Under the pieces are notes generated by a model, which saw only the letters and a program-made list of their open reading frames with translations, made no database searches and had not been told where the DNA came from. DNA of 64,000 nt, taken from the IMG/VR virus record IMGVR_UViG_3300013121_000023, positions 96,001 to 160,000 of that record, one strand, 5' to 3'. Below are positions 20,525-29,870 of this stretch, piece by piece. The stretch comes from a virus (Duplodnaviria; Caudoviricetes). Both the position numbers and the translations under genes were made by a program. Numbering within the stretch: position 1 is the stretch's first letter; each line of letters begins with the position of its first letter.

Positions 20525-21033
20525 ATGAGATGTTTAATTAGAGACCCCTCCAAAGAGGGTCTGCCTACAAACCCGGGCAGATGAAAACATAAAAGTGGGT
20601 TCTCAGTTAATGCGACATTAACTGAGTGTCTTGAAACCAAGTCCATAGTATGGACTCTGGGATGTGCCCAGCACATATACCCAGCACATATCGCGGCTAG
20701 CGCCCCGCGATTGGCTTGCGGCAAGGCAAGGTGTCAGTCACTCAAGGTAAGGTGTCGTTGCTACACGCCACCGAGTGACGACGTATAGGGTTTCAGTGTG
20801 AATCCCAGTGGGGGATAGCACGAAGTAGCATTTACAGCCCTATATTTCAAGCCTCCGCAATGTCATAGAAAGCAAGCATACAGCTAGAACGTTCATTCGC
20901 GAAGCTCGCTTTTCTTGTTCGGCGAGTTAGCACAGAACGATGCTGTGTGTTTGAGCCGTAGCGCAGCGGCGTAGGATATATTTTATCTGTGTGTGTGTGT
21001 GTGGGCTGCCGGAATAACCGGCAGCCTTTTTTT
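20525..21033 (+). ncRNA. candidate large structured ncRNA (~500 nt)
   Basis: no credible ORF; more than ten stems; starts after a CATAAGA motif, ends in a strong terminator. Confidence 0.6.
21003..21033 (+). terminator. intrinsic terminator
   Basis: GGGCTGCCGG-AATAA-CCGGCAGCCT plus T-tract. Confidence 0.85.
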
Positions 21034-21051
21034 AGTACCGATGGAGAAGCC

Positions 21052-22050
21052 ATGAAGATGAATATTTTGGGCCAGGAACGTTGTCTGTATAACGTACCCT
21101 ATCACATAGGGTTCAACACTATAAAATTTGTAAGGTCTTTGTACGCATGGCTCAGTGATTACGATCGTAAGCTAACGTGGATGACCGTAAGTTCACCGCG
21201 TCAATCAGCAGAATATTATCACTCCGTAGCTTTGGACAATGGTTATAAAGAAATATGGATGGCAGAGACGGGACTTACACGTTACGAACTAACTGCTCTT
21301 TTGCAATGGATGAGCATACTTCAGCGCGTAGTATTTGAAAAAATATCTCATTTTCCAGCTAGGGCGCTTTTCAGAAGGAATGAAGGTAAATTGGAGGTTC
21401 ACCCAGCAGCTATAGTAGGCGACTTCAATAAGGTATCTAAGTTTTCTCCAACCTATCGTAATTACGTTTCTATTGGAGTTGATACCCCATATGAAATTAT
21501 TGATATCTACGGCATACATGCACTTGTCGATAATTCTGATGAAGATAAACCATTTCACATGTTCCCTGTGGGAGCTAATGAATCCATTGCAAGTATATTC
21601 AGGTCTAACGATCAGTTTAAATTGACTGTCACTAGTAAGACTGAACTCATTAGCGGTATATACGAATCTGAAGCGGCTGCTAATCGTAATAAGATACACG
21701 CTGAAGGAAATAGAATTGCCAAGGCTTGCGTAGAAGATAAAGTGGCGATCAAAACAGATATTCTCATTGCTAGCCTAGAAACCTGTTTCATGTCTTTTTC
21801 GTGTATGGAGAGAGCAATAGCCGCCGTACTGTCTGACCCGGGGTATGAACAGCACAAGTCATCAGTTATAAACGTCATCCAAACAATCATATCTTGCTAC
21901 ATGGGACATATGTATTGGAGAGAGCAGTTTGATTTCTACATGGCCAGTAAATACGCTGTGCCGCAGATGTACTCTATAGATATGTCTTATGGTGATTTTG
22001 ACTTGGGTAAGCTTATAGATTATTGGAGGCCCTACATCGGTACGAAGTAG
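21052..22050 (+). CDS. hypothetical protein
   Basis: GGAG SD, ATG 21052; ends TAG TAA. Confidence 0.7.
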   Translation: MKMNILGQERCLYNVPYHIGFNTIKFVRSLYAWLSDYDRKLTWMTVSSPRQSAEYYHSVALDNGYKEIWMAETGLTRYELTALLQWMSILQRVVFEKISHFPARALFRRNEGKLEVHPAAIVGDFNKVSKFSPTYRNYVSIGVDTPYEIIDIYGIHALVDNSDEDKPFHMFPVGANESIASIFRSNDQFKLTVTSKTELISGIYESEAAANRNKIHAEGNRIAKACVEDKVAIKTDILIASLETCFMSFSCMERAIAAVLSDPGYEQHKSSVINVIQTIISCYMGHMYWREQFDFYMASKYAVPQMYSIDMSYGDFDLGKLIDYWRPYIGTK

Positions 22051-22058
22051 TAATCTTG

Positions 22059-22091
22059 AGAAGGTCCGCTTGGCGGACCTTCTTTTAGCTA
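22059..22091 (+). terminator. intrinsic terminator
   Basis: GAAGGTCCGC-TTG-GCGGACCTTC plus TTTTAGCTA. Confidence 0.8.
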
Positions 22092-22141
22092 TTAAAAAAA
22101 ATGTCTATTACAGCAATAAGAGGATTGAAAGGAACGTGGCT

Positions 22142-22498
22142 ATGAGTAGTGAGCTAAGGGACTTGCAGAAGTACAGTAACGACATAGGTGATGTGTTTCT
22201 TACGATAGGAACGATCAATGAGGAAACAAGAGCATACATAAGAACACTGTGTGTTAAAAGCCACGAATCCAGTATTGTCAATACTACGGTCGGGTCTGTG
22301 TTCTTTGTCGGAGCTTGTTGTGTTTTGTTTATAGGTAGGGTCACAGTTGAACTGTCGGCGGCAGTACCTATATTTGTACTATCATTTTACTTTTTTGTCC
22401 GTTCATACACAGAACGTAAGTTGGTTTGTAGGTATGAACTTATATTGTTTATGTCGTATCAACAAAAAGAGTTGGTTCGGAGGTTTAAGAATGTCTAA
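22142..22498 (+). CDS. hypothetical membrane protein
   Basis: two hydrophobic segments. Confidence 0.55.
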   Translation: MSSELRDLQKYSNDIGDVFLTIGTINEETRAYIRTLCVKSHESSIVNTTVGSVFFVGACCVLFIGRVTVELSAAVPIFVLSFYFFVRSYTERKLVCRYELILFMSYQQKELVRRFKNV

Positions 22499-22949
22499 GC
22501 GTGACTTGGAGCACAGAATTGCTGAAGAAACAAATATGTATCTTAAGGAGTTGTTGTATGATGATGCTAGAGGACTAAAATGTCTAGTAAAGAATGTTGT
22601 GGAGTGCATTATACAAAGGATTATCGATGAGAGTGTTTGCGCACAGCACTCAGCCAACACTGGTGTAATGATAACGGATATAAGTCATACGACCGCTAGA
22701 AAAATACTTGTCGATAAAGCCAACGTGCTGGCTGCTCATTTTGTGGACGCTGTTATAGATGCAAACTATAAGAAACTAACAGATAAAAAATACGTGGATG
22801 AAGCAAAAGAAATAGTATTTAGAGAATACAGTGATGCGCTTAATTATGAGTTGAAACACGCAGCCAGGGAACTGGCTAGGAAGCACGCAAGAGAAAAAGG
22901 GGAAAAGATCGTAAATAGTGTCATTAAAGGGTATAAAGATGGAGAATAG
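22491..22949 (+). CDS. hypothetical protein
   Basis: GGAGG SD before ATG 22491. Confidence 0.65.
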   Translation: MSKRDLEHRIAEETNMYLKELLYDDARGLKCLVKNVVECIIQRIIDESVCAQHSANTGVMITDISHTTARKILVDKANVLAAHFVDAVIDANYKKLTDKKYVDEAKEIVFREYSDALNYELKHAARELARKHAREKGEKIVNSVIKGYKDGE

Positions 22950-23223
22950 TATATCTGAGTGGGTAAGTTTCTTGATGGACAACGATATATACGTACGTGA
23001 GCACGATGATAAATATAGCATACTTATTCCATTCTATATAAGTAGCTACGGCCTCAGAACTCCGTTGGAAGCATCCATAAGCATCATAGATAGATTGGAG
23101 GAGAGTATCAGAAGTGCCCATCTTGGACACGAGGAAATTATAGATATACGCAGCAAAATAGTGCTTATACAAAAAGCTGCTATTTTGTTTTTGGGAACAG
23201 CTCCAGTAGGGGTGATTACATGA
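22939..23223 (+). CDS. hypothetical protein
   Basis: operonic ORF with short overlaps. Confidence 0.55.
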   Translation: MENSISEWVSFLMDNDIYVREHDDKYSILIPFYISSYGLRTPLEASISIIDRLEESIRSAHLGHEEIIDIRSKIVLIQKAAILFLGTAPVGVIT

Positions 23224-23942
23224 GATTGTTGAAAATAGTAGACTATGAGCCATATTTTTATTTGCGTACGGCAGAGGATTTCAATATCCAGATATACCTG
23301 CATAGAGGTACAAAACTGTTTACAAATCTCTTTGAAGTCCTACCTACATATACTTGCCACACAGCGAATCGTGAGATGCCCGCTAAATGGTACAGAAATT
23401 ATGTGGCAGACCCCAACATTAAGTGCTGCCCGTTTTTGCACTATAATCGTGGTTACAAAACTCCGTATACCGCTTATAGGTGCAAACTATTTAGTAAGCA
23501 CCTGCACGTATATGTTACATATGGCGGTATAGAAGTATGGCCAGGAGATTCAGCAGTATACGAGGTGGCTAGTACGGCTTCTTCCTCTATTACTGCTTGG
23601 TTCGGTCACGTAGCTAGATTGCCTGAATGTAGGCAGCTTCAGGAAGATTTGCTACTTCATGGAGAAGCGGTAGAAAGCTTCCAAAAGACGTACGCACATG
23701 TAAATACTAATATAGTTAACAAAGCTAAAATCGCTGGTCTGGTAAAGGAAAAACAACTATTTGAGAGAGATGCAGTTGATGCTGACAACAAGAGTACTGA
23801 CGAAGTAGAACCAGATACCGATGAAGATTTTGTTAAGTGGCAATGTGCGTTCTGCAACGCATGGAATGTCACCGAAGTTCAAGACGACAAACGTTGTTAC
23901 TTTTGCAAGTCTGAATTTTTGGTTGTTAACAAGGAGAAGTGA
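23220..23942 (+). CDS. cysteine-cluster protein with C-terminal zinc ribbon
   Basis: CCPFL..YRCKLF..CRQLQEDL; WQCAFC..CYFC. Confidence 0.6.
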   Translation: MRLLKIVDYEPYFYLRTAEDFNIQIYLHRGTKLFTNLFEVLPTYTCHTANREMPAKWYRNYVADPNIKCCPFLHYNRGYKTPYTAYRCKLFSKHLHVYVTYGGIEVWPGDSAVYEVASTASSSITAWFGHVARLPECRQLQEDLLLHGEAVESFQKTYAHVNTNIVNKAKIAGLVKEKQLFERDAVDADNKSTDEVEPDTDEDFVKWQCAFCNAWNVTEVQDDKRCYFCKSEFLVVNKEK

Positions 23943-23943
23943 C

Positions 23944-24558
23944 ATGCCCCACCTCAACCTTAAGGTTATAGAAGCAGATCTGTACGCTGCACCTAATAGT
24001 TATGCATCGGTGACGACAACAACATCGTTTCTCGATCTTGTGCTTGTGCGCTGCGAGCGACAAGACGTGCAATTTTATTTGCAGGTCTATACAACTCAAG
24101 GATGTGGGCTCGTTTGGTGCGGGCACCATAAATTGATACCGCAAGGCCAGGGCAAGTCCGCAGTGAGGGATGGAATTGAAGTGACATTGATTCCGTTGGT
24201 ACTCGCCGGGGCAGAGCTTTCTCTTTTTGTTGACGCTGCCGTATTGATCCCAAAGTACGTACGTTTTGGCGTCACCGAACATATGTTGATGCTGCGGCAT
24301 GAGTCACCGATTGTTCCATACAGCGTAGCTAATGAACTAGTTGCAAAGTTTCTCGGCGGCTATAAACCGGAAGCGCTCATTTGCTGGCCCAATGATGACG
24401 TTGACAAGCTAGTTGGTGCTCTCGACATAGATGTCAAGATACACGATATAGAGTCCACACAGCCAACGCCTGAAGAGTTGGCTGAGACCGAGAGGAAGCG
24501 AGCTGCCTTTAGGTCTAGACTTGAGACTGTTATTGCCAAACGCGGTGGGCCCCGGTGA
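23944..24558 (+). CDS. hypothetical protein
   Basis: AAGGAG SD before ATG 23944. Confidence 0.65.
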   Translation: MPHLNLKVIEADLYAAPNSYASVTTTTSFLDLVLVRCERQDVQFYLQVYTTQGCGLVWCGHHKLIPQGQGKSAVRDGIEVTLIPLVLAGAELSLFVDAAVLIPKYVRFGVTEHMLMLRHESPIVPYSVANELVAKFLGGYKPEALICWPNDDVDKLVGALDIDVKIHDIESTQPTPEELAETERKRAAFRSRLETVIAKRGGPR

Positions 24559-24645
24559 CATATTTGTAATAGATAGTATTTGCGAAGAGAGGTTTATTCT
24601 CTCTTCTTTAGATATTCTGTAATAAGAGATTTGGAGGTAGGTACC

Positions 24646-25776
24646 ATGGGTTCTTTTGATTTCACCTGTGCTATTTCACGTATGCCGATTAGCTATGAGC
24701 AGCGAGCTATCTTGCTACTATTGGCAGGTAATGAGAGTGTCAGTAACAAAGGTTGTTCACCTAATGACTGGTGGTTCCCTTGGTCATTTCCAGTGTGTGC
24801 TACGTATAAAGATTATGGCAGGTTTGTACCTGTGTCGTGCCATGACGTATGGGAGAAAGTTCTACAGAAATATGTTGTGGTGAAGGAAGTAGGAGAAAAC
24901 GAGTATCACGATGTACCCACACACAGGAATATGAAATTCGAAGATATAATAGAAGCATGTCTAGAAGATAGACTGGAAATAACAGATAATGCAGGCGTAG
25001 TTTACCAAAACGCGCTTGAACTAAACGATGAAGCCAGTACGTATATACCAACAGTAAATAAAATACGTCGCATCATAAGTGGTATAATGAAAAAAGACGC
25101 AAATGATTTCTTGATAAGAAGGATAGGTAGAGGCGTTATTAACGTAAGCACCCGCATAGGCTCAACCATAAAAGCTAATAAGTTCTTTTCCGCTATGTGT
25201 AAATTCATAAACAGTAGAGCGACCTTCACATCTATAGTGACACCTGGTAAATACGAAGTCACTCTAACTATTTACGCAAAGCCTGGTAACTTTCATATGA
25301 ATCCCGACGAGTCTATGGCTGGTGAACCACCGACCAAAATGCCAATGGCTTTCATGGCTATAAGAGGCGATGTTTGGGATTATCTGAGTTCTACTAACTA
25401 TACTGGTTTGACGAAAAAGAAAATACAGGCAGACATAACACGACTGAGAAAGTTCGTGGATTCGTATAAGAACGAGCCGGAAAGTATGAGATACCACCTG
25501 TGTAAACTTGATATGTCAATTGAGTCACGCATATTTATAGATGGTGTTCTTGGACCTATGAGGTGTGATAGGTCACCGCATCTGTTGGTGGGCAGTAGCG
25601 AGAAAGAAGAGTTCTGGCGACTGGTACGTGCTTTCGCTACGGCTATGCCGGCTATACACAGACTCAGACACATGCTCGTGCCGTCCACGTCAGTTGGGTG
25701 GCAGGTGGATTATGGGGAGGCGCACGTTCGCGCCTATAAAGCGTTTGCTCAGATGGCTGGAAAAGGGAACAAATTA
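24646..25776 (+). CDS. hypothetical phage protein ending at TTA
   Basis: GGAGG SD; MGSFDFTCAISRMPI..YKDYGRF; TTA overlaps next ATG (TTATGA). Confidence 0.7.
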
Positions 25777-26345
25777 TGACCATGAGCGAAGATAATCTTT
25801 CGTGGATGTATGATGCTTGTAAAGAATATCTTTCAGTATTGAGGGACGAAGAGATAAATACACTCATATACATTACAGCTCCAAATAGGATGGTGACTGT
25901 AACAAAGGAAGCCATCAGTGAAAACAGGTTTCCGTCCATCGCGTCTATGCATAAACTGGGGCTACTGTATTTTAACGATTACGATAAGACCAGATATGAG
26001 GTGTGCACCACTCACGCTGGCTATCTACTGACTACGTTTTTGGGAAAAACAGTTCCTTACATAGTTGAGACAGCGCGTGTAGGGCCCGATAAGATTCACA
26101 TAGATGATGAGGTTAATCGAGGTTATATGCGCATAATTTATAAAGCAGACATGTCAGATATGCTGTGCAAGTTCTTTGTGCTTTGGAAGGATATGTACGA
26201 TAGAGACGTGTTTATCTCCATGATCAAGAACAATAATGGTAATGAAGAAAAACCGTGTTCCATATTCGTATATTCCGCAGACGAGACAAAACTGAATGAG
26301 TACGTAATCGCCAAAATAAATGCATTTACTAGAGAGGTTAAATAA
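25776..26345 (+). CDS. hypothetical protein
   Basis: 189 aa operonic ORF. Confidence 0.6.
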   Translation: MTMSEDNLSWMYDACKEYLSVLRDEEINTLIYITAPNRMVTVTKEAISENRFPSIASMHKLGLLYFNDYDKTRYEVCTTHAGYLLTTFLGKTVPYIVETARVGPDKIHIDDEVNRGYMRIIYKADMSDMLCKFFVLWKDMYDRDVFISMIKNNNGNEEKPCSIFVYSADETKLNEYVIAKINAFTREVK

Positions 26346-26836
26346 TGAATCGTAGGTATATATACGTTACCGGTAGTCACGGTAACAAAGATGTGGATAG
26401 CGTAGTAATGGCACTACGCAAGGCAAACCATCGTGTGTACAGTCCGTGTGCGCGTAACAAGTCTATGGGCTTGAGGAACAAGGTTGCTACAGCACCTGGC
26501 AACGTATACGTGGACTGTTTGCAGTTGGAAGCCGACTTCGGCTTTAAGCGTGACGTTGGGGCGCTGCTAGCGGCTACGCTATTTGTACTAGTACTACCAT
26601 CATGCCCTAATAGTGATGTAGACCTAGGTATGGCCGTTGGACTCAGAAAGCCGGCGTGCGTATACGTTCCACCAGAAGCTAAAAAGCTACGTATGGTGGA
26701 GTCGTATCTATCTGTTAACAAGTTCTCGTCTAATATAGACGAGGTAGTTACGTGGTCCACTAACATATCGTTGTTGTTCCCCGATAGTGTTTTGAGCCCC
26801 AATGCGCTCATGGACTCGTTGAGCTGCTACGAATAA
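26345..26836 (+). CDS. nucleoside 2-deoxyribosyltransferase-like protein (possibly degenerate)
   Basis: YIYVTGS..H.VYSP..D..L..FVLVLP..DLGMAVGLRKP pattern; the usual catalytic Glu appears as Asp. Confidence 0.55.
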   Translation: MNRRYIYVTGSHGNKDVDSVVMALRKANHRVYSPCARNKSMGLRNKVATAPGNVYVDCLQLEADFGFKRDVGALLAATLFVLVLPSCPNSDVDLGMAVGLRKPACVYVPPEAKKLRMVESYLSVNKFSSNIDEVVTWSTNISLLFPDSVLSPNALMDSLSCYE

Positions 26837-26847
26837 GGAGAGCACGT

Positions 26848-27393
26848 ATGGAAGCCTACAGAATGATAAGCGAGGAAGACTTGAAATTCTTTCAATACGT
26901 ATCTCACGAGGTTAGTGATGACAGTATATCACTTCTTGTGTGGATTCATGGCATGTCACCAACATATAGAACAAACTCAGATGCCTTCTCTGCTACAATA
27001 CTAATAGACCTTCTACAGTACGGACTTGCAAGAAAGAATGAGGGAAGAATAGAGACAACGCATCTAGGCCTTATAGTTGTGGGAGTACTCGTAACAGCCA
27101 TATTCCCAGCATTTCCAGCTGACTACGTTGCTAATCTAAAAGGCAAGGAAGAGTCGGTAGAGGAGGCACTGCTTTCTGGCAGACTCGTAACTCCTAGTAC
27201 ACGATCTTGGCTTTTTGCCGATTTTATACGCACGGTCATGCAAGCACACAAAATAGGTATGCGTCCAGTTTGGGAAGACGACAAAATGAAACTCGTTCCT
27301 ATTAGTCATATTGATGGTCGTAATAGGAGTGAAACAATTATCAAGGAATACCTTTCAGACATTGTTGAAGAAATCTTGTTGGCGAATAAATAA
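26848..27393 (+). CDS. hypothetical protein
   Basis: AAGGAG SD. Confidence 0.6.
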   Translation: MEAYRMISEEDLKFFQYVSHEVSDDSISLLVWIHGMSPTYRTNSDAFSATILIDLLQYGLARKNEGRIETTHLGLIVVGVLVTAIFPAFPADYVANLKGKEESVEEALLSGRLVTPSTRSWLFADFIRTVMQAHKIGMRPVWEDDKMKLVPISHIDGRNRSETIIKEYLSDIVEEILLANK

Positions 27394-27406
27394 GAAAGAT
27401 TGTTTG

Positions 27407-27479
27407 TAGGACGCCCGGGACTTGAACCCGGAACCTGCGGATTAAAAGTCCGCTGCTCTACCTATTGAGCTAGCGACCC
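27407..27479 (-). tRNA. tRNA-Lys(UUU)
   Basis: cloverleaf; GCGGA-CTTTTAA-TCCGC; GGTTCAAGTCC T loop. Confidence 0.9.
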
Positions 27480-27490
27480 GAAGGAGAACC

Positions 27491-27787
27491 ATGACAACAG
27501 CAGCGCGCATGAGGGATTTGGTGGGCGAATATACCAAAAAAGTCATTAGTGAAAATGAGGAACATATAAATGAAAACTTGCTACCGATATTCCTTAAAGA
27601 CTTGTATTCTTGCATAGAATCAGCTGCATCTAAGGGACAGCGCACATACCAACATGCTATAAATCTTACAACCTTGAAGGTGCTGCATTTGGTTGTTCCA
27701 CAATTGAGAGATCGAGGTTATTTGGTAGAGTATATTACTAGTAGTACTACACAGCATCTTATGTACATGAACGTATCTTGGTCATTA
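27491..27787 (+). CDS. hypothetical protein ending at TTA
   Basis: AAGGAG SD; ...NVSWS then TTA 27785-27787 before the shared terminator. Confidence 0.6.
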
Positions 27788-27791
27788 CTTG

Positions 27792-27827
27792 GTAGCTAAA
27801 AAAGAAGAGAGCGAAAGCTCTCTTCTT
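27792..27827. terminator. bidirectional terminator
   Basis: AAAGAAGAGAGC-GAAA-GCTCTCTTCTTT between convergent genes. Confidence 0.8.
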
Positions 27828-28205
27828 TAAATACTTGAATCTATGCGCCTCAATGTATGAGGCCATTACCTCTGCAATGTAGTCGGGGGCAATTCCCCGA
27901 AGTGCATTGCGACTGAGCACTTTTGCGGTACCCTTCCCCCACGGTACCTTCACTGCCTCAATATATGGTTTGCCCTCCCCTTCTGGATGGCGCATTGTTA
28001 GCAAGTGTCTCGCTGCCTGCATCAGCAGGGAGCTTACCTCCTTCGGCTCCTCCAGCCAAAGGATGTGGATTACTGGGTGGTTCAGCACCACCCTCAATTG
28101 CTTTATGGTTTCTTCATTTGCAATATCAGTGTACCTAGTGCCCTCATGTACGAATGTCCTAATGTCCAACAGGGCCTTCCGAAGGCCCTCTATGTTTTCG
28201 TACAT
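27828..28205 (-). CDS. hypothetical protein (APEY family) ending at TTA
   Basis: AGGAGG SD; LNHPVIHILW..IAPDYI; TTA 27830-27828 abuts the terminator. Confidence 0.65.
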
Positions 28206-28318
28206 AGTACCTCCTTTCATATATCTTATGCCATTTTTACGAATAAATTAAGGTACACATAAGTAATAATCGAGGGGCTAAAGAAATGGAAGGATAGCTC
28301 CATCTCTAATAAGTGTTG

Positions 28319-28390
28319 TGCCCCAGAGAGGAATCGAACCTCCTTTAGCCTCCTTGTAAGGGAGGTGCCGGACCAGCTGGCTCCTGGGGC
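28319..28390 (-). tRNA. tRNA-Val(UAC), non-canonical D arm
   Basis: GCCCCAG/CTGGGGC acceptor; CCTCC-CTTACAA-GGAGG; GGTTCGATTCC. Confidence 0.8.
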
Positions 28391-28395
28391 AACTG

Positions 28396-28686
28396 TAACT
28401 TAGATATATCCAAAGAAAGGGAAATCAGCATACCAATGAATTGGTCTCTTCCTTTTTCTACTTCTGTTATGAATTCCGAAACCAATTTGGTTTCGGTCGT
28501 GCCATTTGACTCTATTGTCATGTTCATGTTATGAAAACATGACGATGCTGAATCTGGCCATATTGTGTGTGATACTTTATTAAACCGTTTGTGGAATAGA
28601 TGCCACGCATCTCTAAAGCAGTCTGTTACATAGACCATAACCACCAGTTCTTTTCTTTCTGTGTCCTTTATGAAGTAAACGTTCAT
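28396..28686 (-). CDS. hypothetical protein ending at TTA
   Basis: TTA 28398-28396 ends the ORF 5 nt before tRNA-Val instead of running through it. Confidence 0.6.
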
Positions 28687-28722
28687 TCTTCATTCCTTTC
28701 ATTTTTACTCATATAGTAACAG

Positions 28723-28796
28723 TGGGACCACTCGGATTCGAACCGAGAACATCCCGGTTATGAGCCGGGGGCTCTGACCGATTGAGCTATAGTCCC
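28723..28796 (-). tRNA. tRNA-CAU (Ile2-like or elongator Met)
   Basis: CCCGG-CTCATAA-CCGGG; paired G1-C72 so not initiator. Confidence 0.85.
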
Positions 28797-28875
28797 AAAC
28801 AAGCCGTTTTTAAATAAACGGCAAGGATTTATTGCATGACGTGGCCTCAGCCCGCCTTATCTATGCAATACATCG

Positions 28876-28947
28876 AGCCCACTATGGGATTTGAACCCAT
28901 GACCTACGGTTTACAAAACCGTTGCTCTACCACTGAGCTATGTGGGC
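28876..28947 (-). tRNA. tRNA-Thr(UGU)
   Basis: ACGGT-TTTGTAA-ACCGT. Confidence 0.9.
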
Positions 28948-28950
28948 AGG

Positions 28951-29060
28951 AGCGACAGGCCCGAGTCGAACGGGCGACCAACGGAAAACCGCTGCTCTAC
29001 GGGGCCATCACCAGACAGAACGTTACTTGTCTGGCTTGTGACCTACTGAGCTACTGTCGC
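28951..29060 (-). ncRNA. tRNA-like RNA with D-loop insertion and no anticodon loop
   Basis: GCGACAG/CTGTCGC acceptor, intact T arm, ~45-nt hairpin in D loop, anticodon arm reduced to GCGG-TTTT-CCGT. Confidence 0.7.
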
Positions 29061-29083
29061 AAAAAAGGCTTATATAGCCTTTG

Positions 29084-29155
29084 TGGATCGTCTAGGAATT
29101 GAACCTAGGCACAGCGCTTATAAGACGCCGCAGGGCAACCAGCCCGTCACGATCC
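29084..29155 (-). tRNA. tRNA-Ile(UAU), non-canonical D arm
   Basis: GGATCGT/ACGATCC; GGCGT-CTTATAA-GCGCT; GGTTCAATTCC. Confidence 0.8.
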
Positions 29156-29234
29156 ATAAGAGGTACACCGGAGACCCGATGAAGCCTTCCGCCAGCATGG
29201 TAGGAAGAAGGAGTGTCACCACGATGTACCTCGG

Positions 29235-29306
29235 CATCCCTGACAGGATTTGAACCTGTGACCCGGAGATTAGAAATCTCCTGCTCTTCCGCTGAGCTAC
29301 AGGGAC
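29235..29306 (-). tRNA. tRNA-Arg(UCU)
   Basis: GGAGA-TTTCTAA-TCTCC. Confidence 0.9.
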
Positions 29307-29544
29307 ATCTACGCCTTCACTCATATTTCTTATTGCGCTATTTATTTGATTTTTTCTTACGGTAGCTAAAAATAGATAGGGTTTGCTGATATAGGAGTAA
29401 GTTGGCCCGCCGTCATGATCGCCGTTATACCGGATGGAGTCTGGAGTACAGCTACTATCAACCGGGCCGAGAAGATAGATTTACAACGAACTGGTGTGGT
29501 TCGTATGACTAACGGTCTTTCGGGGCGCCTCATCAAGACCGCTG

Positions 29545-29623
29545 TGCTCTTGGCAGGAGTCGAACCTGCAAATAATAAAGCCGCTTTTGAAACGGCCGCG
29601 TCTGCCTATTTCGCCACAAGAGC
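29545..29623 (-). tRNA. tRNA-Leu(CAA), short variable region
   Basis: GCCGT-TTCAAAA-GCGGC; Leu-type GGCGAAATAGGCAGACGC D arm. Confidence 0.85.
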
Positions 29624-29682
29624 TTTGGCCGTCACCCCCCACACCAACTACTAGAGCTGTGTGGGGGGGGGGTTTCGTAGGT

Positions 29683-29781
29683 AGACCCCGAGTTAGAAAG
29701 CCGTTCTGCATCTTCAGTATTCGGCGAAGAAAAAGAGAGTTGCACTCTTTTCGGGCGTGTATGGCTTTCTTGGTGGGGTCT
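29683..29781 (-). ncRNA. Y RNA-like element 2 (T-arm containing)
   Basis: terminal stem AGACCCC/GGGGTCT and AGAAAGCC/GGCTTTCT; internal AAGAG-TGCAACT-CTCTT; shares motifs with 29871-30016. Confidence 0.5.
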
Positions 29782-29865
29782 TGGAAAGCGAAGAGGAATT
29801 GAACCTCTTATCTCCATTTCGGTAGTTGGCCTAGATGGATGGTTTTTGCCTTTAACCTACGCTTC
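29782..29865 (-). ncRNA. tRNA-like RNA with 17-nt anticodon loop
   Basis: D stem GGTT/AACC; TCCAT-(17 nt)-ATGGA; AGAGG-TTCAATT-CCTCT; ends CCA. Confidence 0.6.
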
Positions 29866-29870
29866 ATAAT

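Noticed and set aside
20988-21002. GT dinucleotide run and the MCVCVG start of ORF 20989
   Set aside because: Lies before the terminator in non-coding sequence; SD-supported start is 21052; no sign of phase variation
28345-28395. Protein-coding ORF overlapping tRNA-Val on the same strand
   Set aside because: Overlap disappears when the ORF ends at TTA 28398-28396
28836-29817. Short ORFs predicted across the tRNA cluster
   Set aside because: Artefacts of tRNA and ncRNA sequence
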